8,727 bases of DNA from Candidatus Heimdallarchaeota archaeon B3_Heim (lineage in GTDB: Archaea; Asgardarchaeota; Heimdallarchaeia; Hodarchaeales; Hodarchaeaceae), in NCBI GenBank assembly GCA_003144275.1, contig NJBF01000007.1, positions 96,678 through 105,404 of the forward strand, given 5' to 3'. The translations under genes were made by a program, and so were the position numbers. Under the pieces are notes generated by a model. That model searched no databases. It worked only from the letters and a program-made list of their open reading frames with translations, and had not been told where the DNA came from. Of this stretch, positions 1 through 6,967 are shown in pieces; the stretch's first letter is position 1, and every line of letters begins with the position of its first letter.

Positions 1-2250
1 AGTTAAAATAGAAATCATTCTATAAATAAATGTCAATAATTGCCAATATTCCGTTAATGCTTCTGAATAGTCCAAATTCTCGAAATCACTATCTGTTGTG
101 TAACTAACGCTACTTGTTCCAGATTTCATCAATCTGAAAAGCCTTTTATCCACAGCTTCCAGTCCATCAAGTTGTTTTTTTAATTCCACCAAAATTTCTG
201 TTTTCATTTCTTCAATAGAGCCTAAAAACGTAACATATTCACGAACGATGGCTTCAATATTCCCTATCTCAGCATGACTGTCGATTAATTTTACAATTTC
301 ATTACGTTTTTCTCTTAGATCAAACCGTGTTTCGATAGGAATTAACGGAAAAGAAATACCTTTGATATTTTCCCGAATACGTGTAGAGACTTTATATTTC
401 CAAATCGAAATTTTCTCAAACTCATCTAATAGATTCTTGACTTTATCTTGAGTCGAAATCTCTATTTCTTCTCTAATCGACTTAAGATCTTCTAATTCTA
501 ATTTAGGGACATGAGATTTTAGTTTTGGAGGGATAGTCTCCAAAGTAGTGATTTGGTTACTGATTGGATGAATTTCGCGATCAATTGCAAACCAGATCTC
601 ACGTCGTATCTTGGCGGATAATTGATTCAGATTATCTATTTCTTTTACAAGATCACGAACTTCTTTTTCGTCTTCACTTACATATTCACGCAGTTGTTCT
701 ATTTCCTCTTTCAAATCGTCAGGTAATACATCCTTCAAGCTTTCACGAGTGTCATAAAGACTTATTAGATTTTGACGTAAATTTTGTTGAGCTGGTTTCG
801 AGAAATAAGCAACTAATCGTGCTTCCCAATCTTTAATTTCTCTAGCTTTTGTTACTAATTCTCCAGGAGAAAGTGCTTCAAAATCTTTCACAGTGGGAAT
901 CGGAGGACCATCAGTTATACTAATAGCTTCCTGAATATGAGGATTTTCAAGCATCCTGAAGAAATAGTTTTGACATTCTGCTGCAAGTGCAAATCTGAAG
1001 TCGTAGTAACGTTTCACTAATTCTACCCACATTTGAAGTTCGTTTGTCTTCTCAGTTTCTTTTTCAATGCTCCGAACGTCATTTATGAAATCTTCAGGGA
1101 TTGGAAATTTCATAACTTGCAGCGTTTTCGCAGCATTAATCAGTTCAGCCGTGCTAACCAATTTTTTCAATGCAATAATTAACTTTGAATGCCATGAACG
1201 AATTCTTTCAATATCTTGTATAATAATAGGTATTTCAGCCGCAGATACATCAATATTTGGTGCCGAAACCATGGAAGAATCGATTTCGTCGTCCCCAATT
1301 AGTTGAATAATTCTCCCAATTTGATCTTCGGTTTCTGTCTTCAATGAAATCTCATAAGTTCTTAAAGAATTGATGAATTCATTTTTCAGAACGCTTAGTC
1401 TCTTTTCTAATTCGATCAGCTTTTCTACTGAGGTACTTGAATCTGCATCACTTTGAATTTCCTCTATATGTAGTTTAAGCGTTTCTATATTACTTGAAAG
1501 CTGTATACCGATCGAGGAAATCGTTCCAAGATGTTGATGCAGAGTTGATGCCATACGAACAATTTCGGCTTGGATTTTTCCTTCCGTTCCCTTTCTTCTC
1601 TGTTTCAAATAAGCATTTTCTGCTTCTAAGTTACTGTAAAGTTCCAATAGGTCTGAAATTGTCATTACATGAATACTTGCCTTTGAAGTCTGGCTAGAGA
1701 CACGAATTTTCTCCTCATCGAAGTTAACAAATTTACCATATAACTCAATAATTTCGCGATTGAAAAGAAAAATGGAAATATTTTTCCCTTTCAATACTTC
1801 CGCTACCTTATTATATATTGTTACTACTGAATTGCTAAATTTCAGGACAAGTGCAGTTTCTAAACTAGGGATTTGAATGCTCTTAATGTTCTCAGTTTCT
1901 TGGGGAACAAATTTAGCAATTTCTTTGATATTTTTTGCGAGATCAAAGTAAATTCGTCTAAATCCAGCAAGAACTGTATTCAAAAGGTTCTCTGTAGTTT
2001 TATTATACTGGTTTTTCTTCTGAGAAAGGGATTTACTCAATCCCCTCTTCTTAAAAAAGCCTGCAGTTGTTAAATCTTTTTCTAGTTTTTGAATCTGTGT
2101 AATTAATTTTTGGGATTCATTTAAAGAAGAAATTACCTGTACGGTGGGGTCGATTGATCGTAATTCTGTTGCCACAACACCTAATTCATGAAGATCTTTC
2201 TTAGATACAAGAGAATCTTCCGTTGTTTCCAATGACATGATATTCAACAT
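1..2250 (-). CDS. Large all-alpha-helical repeat (rod/coiled-coil-like) hypothetical protein, at least 750 aa, truncated at the left window edge
   Basis: Manual translation of the minus strand from ATG at 2250 (alternative ATG at 2238) gives 750 codons with no stop down to base 1: MLNIMSLETTEDSLVSKKDLHELGVVATELRSIDPTVQVISSLNESQKLITQIQKLEKDLTTAGFFKKRGLSK...EALTEYWQLLTFIYRMISILT. It is L/I/E/K-rich, with long amphipathic helices separated by Pro-containing linkers. The track probably missed it because no stop codon lies in the window. No family was recognised. Confidence 0.92.
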   Translation of the reverse strand, partial: MLNIMSLETTEDSLVSKKDLHELGVVATELRSIDPTVQVISSLNESQKLITQIQKLEKDLTTAGFFKKRGLSKSLSQKKNQYNKTTENLLNTVLAGFRRIYFDLAKNIKEIAKFVPQETENIKSIQIPSLETALVLKFSNSVVTIYNKVAEVLKGKNISIFLFNREIIELYGKFVNFDEEKIRVSSQTSKASIHVMTISDLLELYSNLEAENAYLKQRRKGTEGKIQAEIVRMASTLHQHLGTISSIGIQLSSNIETLKLHIEEIQSDADSSTSVEKLIELEKRLSVLKNEFINSLRTYEISLKTETEDQIGRIIQLIGDDEIDSSMVSAPNIDVSAAEIPIIIQDIERIRSWHSKLIIALKKLVSTAELINAAKTLQVMKFPIPEDFINDVRSIEKETEKTNELQMWVELVKRYYDFRFALAAECQNYFFRMLENPHIQEAISITDGPPIPTVKDFEALSPGELVTKAREIKDWEARLVAYFSKPAQQNLRQNLISLYDTRESLKDVLPDDLKEEIEQLREYVSEDEKEVRDLVKEIDNLNQLSAKIRREIWFAIDREIHPISNQITTLETIPPKLKSHVPKLELEDLKSIREEIEISTQDKVKNLLDEFEKISIWKYKVSTRIRENIKGISFPLIPIETRFDLREKRNEIVKLIDSHAEIGNIEAIVREYVTFLGSIEEMKTEILVELKKQLDGLEAVDKRLFRLMKSGTSSVSYTTDSDFENLDYSEALTEYWQLLTFIYRMISILT

Positions 2251-2505
2251 TCCAAAAATTTAGAGCCTAGTCTTCTTTGATAATTTCTATACTAGGATGT
2301 TCTTAAATAATGAAATAATATTGTCAAAATATAACTTTCCATTCAAAAAGAACAGAATGCCTAGTTAGAGTCGACTGAATGAAAACATGAATAAACTGAT
2401 AATACTGTTTATATTATTTCCATTATGATTTCTGATATCACCCCAAATTTTTCTGGAACTGGCCAATTCGAGGAAAAGCTGGAAAAGGAAAGCAGGTGAA
2501 GCAGA

Positions 2506-3330
2506 CTGAACATAAGCACGGCCAATGCACTTTTAATTTCAATAGGGAATGAACTACTTTCTGGACAGACAGTTAATACAAATGCAAATTATCTTGCAAA
2601 TGAAATGACCCAAATTGGGTTTTCTGTCTTAAAAATTATTACAATTCCTGATTCAAAGGAAATATTCTCCTCAGAAATTAAAAAATCATTATCTGAGGGT
2701 ATCTATAGAGTCATATTAATTACAGGTGGTTTAGGTCCAACTTGGGATGACTCAACTGCGAGTTTCTTGGCTGAGACTTTAAATGTTCCTTCTATATTAA
2801 ACTCTGAGGCATTAGCCCTTGTTACTCAGCGTTATAAAGAACTATATGAACAAGGATTGGTTGAGTCGGCAAAGATAACATCAGCCAGAAAAAAAATGGC
2901 TTACCTACCTGAAGGAACTAATACCATCTATAATCCTGTTGGAACAGCTCCAGGAATCATTTATAAAGATTCTATCCACAATACAATGCTTTACTGTTTA
3001 CCTGGAGTTCCTAAAGAAATGAAGGCTATGTTCTTAATCCTTATCCCTGAATTAAAAATGATTAGTGCACTTGAAGAATCCTTTTACTTTGAAACTGAAT
3101 TCTTTACCTCTTTCACAGATGAGTCCATACTAGCTCCCTTTTTATTAATAATAAGAGAAAAATATGATGTATGGATAAAATCTTTACCAAAATCTTATCA
3201 GGAAGAAGAAAATATTCATATTATTATTTCAAGTAAAGGAAAAACTCAAAATGAAGCTAAATCATTAGTATTTAAAGCGCGTGATTATCTTTCTGAGTTA
3301 ATCTCTGGAGGAGAAATAGAGGAGATCTGA
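2506..3330 (+). CDS. cinA: CinA N-terminal-type (COG1058, MoCF-biosynthesis-like domain) protein; probable ADP-ribose/FAD-type pyrophosphatase; no C-terminal PncC deamidase domain
   Basis: Contains family motifs LISIGNELLSGQTVNTNANYLA (2524-2598, upstream of the track's ATG at 2605), ITGGLGPTWDDST, RKKMAYLPEG, NPVGTAPG and LPGVPKEM, followed by the small C-terminal alpha/beta domain of short archaeal forms. The start at CTG 2506 is inferred: there is an in-frame TGA at 2497-2499, no ATG/GTG/TTG between it and the motif, and a GGTGA SD-like sequence at 2495-2499. The product call is confident; the start position is not. Confidence 0.85.
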   Translation: MNISTANALLISIGNELLSGQTVNTNANYLANEMTQIGFSVLKIITIPDSKEIFSSEIKKSLSEGIYRVILITGGLGPTWDDSTASFLAETLNVPSILNSEALALVTQRYKELYEQGLVESAKITSARKKMAYLPEGTNTIYNPVGTAPGIIYKDSIHNTMLYCLPGVPKEMKAMFLILIPELKMISALEESFYFETEFFTSFTDESILAPFLLIIREKYDVWIKSLPKSYQEEENIHIIISSKGKTQNEAKSLVFKARDYLSELISGGEIEEI

Positions 3331-3349
3331 TTACCGAATCTAACAGGAC

Positions 3350-3358
3350 TTTTTTTTT
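3350..3358 (+). terminator. Oligo-T archaeal-type terminator after the cinA-like gene
   Basis: A run of 9 T begins 20 nt after the TGA at 3328-3330. U-tracts are established archaeal termination signals. Confidence 0.55.
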
Positions 3359-3396
3359 GCGAATCATCTAATAACTGACAATTTTTAATGTGTAAG

Positions 3397-3406
3397 TATA
3401 TTTAAA
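3397..3406 (+). promoter_or_regulatory. Candidate TATA box for cdc48
   Basis: TATATTTAAA lies about 65 nt upstream of ATG 3471 and downstream of the T9 tract. The AT-rich background makes this weak evidence. Confidence 0.35.
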
Positions 3407-3470
3407 TTTTTAAGTGATCTTGGACCTCACTTCTTTCAGAAAACTGTCCTTTCAGGCATGTGGATATTAA

Positions 3471-5777
3471 ATGTCGAATAATAATAGTAAAGCTCTAACA
3501 TTGAAAGTAGCTGAAGCCAATCAAAGTGATGTTGGACGCGGATTAGTACGTGTAGACTATGCAATCATGCGTGATTTTGGTTTAGAAACTGGTGATATCG
3601 TTGAACTTTCCAGTGAGAGAGCTGGAGCGCGTAAAACTGGTGCTTTAGTAATCCCAGGAAGGCGTGAAGATCGTGGAAAAAAAATCATTAGAATGGATGG
3701 ATTGATTCGAGGGAATGTGGGAACCAGTTTAGGGGAAACAATCACTGTTAAACCAATTAAAAAACGTGTTGCAAAGAAAATCACGATAGCACCAGCAGAG
3801 GAACGGATTCGATTGTTAGTACGATCCGAAATAATTCGGGAACGACTTCAAAACCGTCCAATTTCGCGTGGGGACCTTCTTGTAATAACTGGACAAATCC
3901 GTAAAATCCCACCCTCAGGTGCATCTACTGGGGCTGGTATGGATGATTTCATATCACGTTTCTTTAATACCACTAGTAGTCCTGTTAGTTTGGGTGAAAT
4001 TAAAGTAGTTGTAGCTTCCACGGATCCTGAAGGAATAATAATTATTGGAGATAGCACAGAAGTAAAAATCATAGAAGAAGCGCCTAAAGACCTTCGCATG
4101 CTACCCAGAGTAACTTATGAGGATATTGGAGGACTTTCAGAGGAAATCAAACGAGTTAGAGAACTGATTGAGCTGCCTATGAAGCATCCAGAACTTTTCC
4201 AGAGATTAGGCATAGAACCTCCCAAAGGTGTTTTATTACATGGACCACCTGGTACTGGAAAAACATTATTAGCAAAAGCTGTGGCAAACGAATCAGGGGT
4301 TAATTTTGTTTCTATTGCTGGACCTGAAATTATGTCCAAATTTTACGGAGAGAGTGAACAGCGAATCAGGGAAATTTTTCAACAAGCAGAAAAAGACGCT
4401 CCAAGTATTATTTTCATAGATGAACTTGATTCCATTGCTGTTAAACGTGAAGAAGTTACGGGGGAGGTAGAGAGACGAGTAGTTGCTCAATTACTTGCTC
4501 TCATGGACGGTTTGAAAAGTAGGGGGAAAGTTATTGTAATCGGAGCCACAAATCGACCGAATGCATTGGATCCTGCGTTAAGGCGTCCGGGGAGATTTGA
4601 TAGAGAAATTGAAATTGGGGTGCCAGATCGCAATGGTAGATATGAAGTTCTGCTTGTCCATACACGCGGAATGCCGATCGCTCAGGATGTAGATTTAAAA
4701 GAGTATGCTGCAAAAACACATGGATTTGTTGGCGCAGATATCTCTGCTCTTACAAAAGAGGCTGCTATGCATACCCTCAGGAAAATATTACCGCAAATTA
4801 ATTTCGATAAACCGTTAACACCAGAAATTCTCTCTATACTCATTGTTTCCAAAGAAAATTTTGATGAGGCATTAAAAATAACAGAACCTTCCGCAATGAG
4901 AGAAGTAATGCTTGAAATTCCGAACACTCGCTGGGAAGATGTAGGAGGATTAGATACTGTCAAACAACAATTGATAGAATCAGTAGAATGGCCTATCAAT
5001 CATCCTGAAATTTTTAACAAACATGGGGTTAACCCTCCTCATGGTATACTTCTTTATGGCCCCCCTGGAACTGGAAAAACCTTACTAGCTAAAGCCGTGG
5101 CAACAGAGAGTCAAGCTAATTTTATCGCGATACGTGGTCCTGAATTACTTTCTAAATGGGTAGGAGAAAGTGAAAAAGCTGTTCGTGAAATTTTCCGTAA
5201 AGCCAAACAAGCTTCTCCCTCGATTATTTTCTTGGATGAGCTTGATGCAATTGCTCCCCGACGAGGAGCTTTTAGTGGAGGAAGTTCTGTTATGGAAAGT
5301 GTAGTCAATCAAATTCTATCCCTTCTTGATGGGTTAGAAAGTCTACAAGATGTAGTAGTCTTAGCAGCCAGTAATCGACCAGATATGATTGATCCTGCAC
5401 TACTACGTCCAGGGAGATTTGATCGTTTATTACTTGTTCCTCCGCCCGATGTAGAAAGTCGAATCAAAATTTTCGGTATTCATACAAAGGGGATGATAAT
5501 AGGAAAAGATGTTGATCTAAATACTTTTGCTTCGGATCTTGACGGATACGTTGGGGCAGATATTGCTGCTATTTGCCGTGAAGCTGTCATGATTGCACTA
5601 CGTGAAGATTTGGAAATTAAGGAAATCTCTTTGAGGCATTTTCATGCCGCAAAGAACGTAATTCATCCAAGTGCAAATGATCAAATCGTCAAGGAATTTG
5701 AGAAACTTGAGAAAAAATTATTGGGTAAGTCAGAAATTGCTCGTAAGGATATCTTAGACATAAGAGGATATCTTTAA
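3471..5777 (+). CDS. cdc48: Cdc48/VCP/p97-family type II AAA+ ATPase (768 aa)
   Basis: N-domain ([17 protein letters not shown]). D1 has Walker A GPPGTGKT, pore loop MSKFYGESE, Walker B IIFIDELD and Arg finger [12 protein letters not shown]2 has [25 protein letters not shown] and [10 protein letters not shown]. The C-terminus is ...DIRGYL. Confidence 0.98.
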   Translation: MSNNNSKALTLKVAEANQSDVGRGLVRVDYAIMRDFGLETGDIVELSSERAGARKTGALVIPGRREDRGKKIIRMDGLIRGNVGTSLGETITVKPIKKRVAKKITIAPAEERIRLLVRSEIIRERLQNRPISRGDLLVITGQIRKIPPSGASTGAGMDDFISRFFNTTSSPVSLGEIKVVVASTDPEGIIIIGDSTEVKIIEEAPKDLRMLPRVTYEDIGGLSEEIKRVRELIELPMKHPELFQRLGIEPPKGVLLHGPPGTGKTLLAKAVANESGVNFVSIAGPEIMSKFYGESEQRIREIFQQAEKDAPSIIFIDELDSIAVKREEVTGEVERRVVAQLLALMDGLKSRGKVIVIGATNRPNALDPALRRPGRFDREIEIGVPDRNGRYEVLLVHTRGMPIAQDVDLKEYAAKTHGFVGADISALTKEAAMHTLRKILPQINFDKPLTPEILSILIVSKENFDEALKITEPSAMREVMLEIPNTRWEDVGGLDTVKQQLIESVEWPINHPEIFNKHGVNPPHGILLYGPPGTGKTLLAKAVATESQANFIAIRGPELLSKWVGESEKAVREIFRKAKQASPSIIFLDELDAIAPRRGAFSGGSSVMESVVNQILSLLDGLESLQDVVVLAASNRPDMIDPALLRPGRFDRLLLVPPPDVESRIKIFGIHTKGMIIGKDVDLNTFASDLDGYVGADIAAICREAVMIALREDLEIKEISLRHFHAAKNVIHPSANDQIVKEFEKLEKKLLGKSEIARKDILDIRGYL

Positions 5778-5813
5778 CTTTTCTTTTACTCCTTAATTTT
5801 GGTCCAAAATCTA

Positions 5814-6749
5814 TTAATCTTGTGATTTGGGCTTATAAATATCTAAAGGCCATTGACGCTTAACGAGTTTAGTTAAAACTTGCGAACTGAACTCGCCAAT
5901 TTCTATAGAGGCACTTGCGGTATTCATAAGGCGTTCTGCTATTAATTTAGATCTGACAACAGAATCTGAATAACCTATTATTAACCCAACAACCAATGGA
6001 TGATTTTTTACTACTACTAATTGCAAATCGGAAGCAATTATCACTTCCATTCCTGCAGGTTCTTTTAGAAGATCATGCATGGTTTCTGAAATGCTCTTGT
6101 TGAATTCGTTAAGGATTTCGTTCCCAAGGGAAGTATACTTAGTAGTCCAGATTTTATGTGAATCTAAATCAATTAGAATAACAACTCTTAATTTACATTT
6201 AAATACTGATTCAGACCCTACTACAACATCAGCTAACCAATCAAATGCATCATAGAAATTCTCACCCGTCTTTGCAGATATTCTGAAAAGCCCAACTGGT
6301 CGAGATGAACGGGTGGCGCGTGTTAAATCTAAATCTTGTACGATAGTATCAAAAGTACGGGCACCAGGAAGATCAATCTTGTTTGCTATGAATAAGACTG
6401 GAGCTTGCTCATTTTGTTTCATGGATTCCCAAAAGGCTGTCGATGCCTCAGTAATTCGAAGATCTGCACTATCTAGCACAAATACAATCGCATCTGCTTT
6501 TTCAAGTGATGGTTGCCAAAGTAAATTGCGATAGATTTCCTGTCCCCCAAGATCTATTAAACTAAACATAATTTGACGATATTTTACGGTTCGATAGTTA
6601 ACACCCAATGTCCTGGTTGTAGGTATAAACTCGGAACGTAACAGTCGATTTACAATGGTAGTTTTACCCGCACTGTCAAGACCAATAATGACAATCTGAT
6701 GCTGTTGTTGGTCTTTTCCTTTGAATATTCTTCTGAGAATGCTCGACAT
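5814..6749 (-). CDS. Arf-family-like small GTPase (aa 1-177) fused to a C-terminal predicted longin domain (aa ~185-305)
   Basis: N-terminal amphipathic helix MSSILRRIFKGK; G1 GLDSAGKTT; G2 T47; G3 DLGGQ; W78; VFVLDS; G4 NKID; G5 SAK; and the Arf-typical C-terminal FDWL. The C-terminal part follows a beta-beta-alpha-beta-beta-beta-alpha-alpha pattern (LRVVILID / KIWTTKY / EILNEFNKSISETMHDLL / MEVIIAS / LQLVVVKN / LVVGLIIG / VVRSKLIAERLMNTAS / SQVLTKLVKRQW), the longin topology. The fold was assigned by eye. Confidence 0.9.
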   Translation of the reverse strand: MSSILRRIFKGKDQQQHQIVIIGLDSAGKTTIVNRLLRSEFIPTTRTLGVNYRTVKYRQIMFSLIDLGGQEIYRNLLWQPSLEKADAIVFVLDSADLRITEASTAFWESMKQNEQAPVLFIANKIDLPGARTFDTIVQDLDLTRATRSSRPVGLFRISAKTGENFYDAFDWLADVVVGSESVFKCKLRVVILIDLDSHKIWTTKYTSLGNEILNEFNKSISETMHDLLKEPAGMEVIIASDLQLVVVKNHPLVVGLIIGYSDSVVRSKLIAERLMNTASASIEIGEFSSQVLTKLVKRQWPLDIYKPKSQD

Positions 6750-6834
6750 CGTTTCTTCACAAACGCTGAATATTTTAGGTAACTCAAGGTAAAAAAACTA
6801 AGTGTTTTGTAAGTGCTCTTCGACTTTGTTGATA

Positions 6835-6842
6835 TTATATAA
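6835..6842. promoter_or_regulatory. Palindromic TATA-like element in the divergent Arf / isomerase intergenic region
   Basis: TTATATAA reads the same on both strands and lies between divergent starts at 6749 and 6968. A second candidate for the plus-strand gene is TTTTTAAAAG near 6915-6924. Confidence 0.3.
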
Positions 6843-6967
6843 TTACTGATAACCTTCTACTTACTAAAGGCTGTGGAACAACCACCAATATCTTCAATAT
6901 CTACGCATAATTAGATTTTTAAAAGAATACCTAGTAAAAAATTCAGTATAATTGAGATGGATTACTA

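Noticed and set aside
564-2073. Plus-strand track ORFs 564..836, 1067..1306, 1494..1697 and 1873..2073
   Set aside because: They are antisense shadows of the uninterrupted 750-codon minus-strand ORF and have no recognisable motifs.
2266-2296. CCTAGT...ACTAGG inverted repeat upstream of the rod-protein gene
   Set aside because: The arms are only 6 bp with a 19-nt unpaired spacer, which is compatible with chance.
2496-2552. 18-codon GTG ORF and a tiny ATG-CAC-TTT-TAA ORF (2525-2536) as frameshift entry points into cinA
   Set aside because: There is no convincing slippery site with a stimulator, and an SD-led in-frame CTG explains the data more simply. This is not fully excluded without reads.
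2605-2607. Track ATG as the start of the cinA-like gene
   Set aside because: Starting here would delete the conserved IGNELLSG...NTNA strand and loop encoded in frame upstream.
3412-3432. AAGTGA...TCACTT hairpin considered as a SECIS for the in-frame UGA at 2497
   Set aside because: It has only a 6-bp stem and lacks the non-canonical GA core and long stem expected of a SECIS. It could arise by chance or belong to the cdc48 leader.
4248-5090. Duplicated DNA around GGACCACCTGGTACTGGAAAAAC and GGCCCCCCTGGAACTGGAAAAAC
   Set aside because: These are the two Walker A motifs of the tandem AAA modules, not a separate repeat element.
3557-5308. Minus-strand track ORFs inside cdc48 (3557..3784, 3848..4099, 4115..4339, 4293..4490, 4531..4719, 4682..4999, 5111..5308)
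   Set aside because: They are antisense shadows of a highly conserved gene and have no independent coding signal.
6313-6534. Plus-strand 73-aa ORF
   Set aside because: It is antisense to the GTPase domain and has no motifs.
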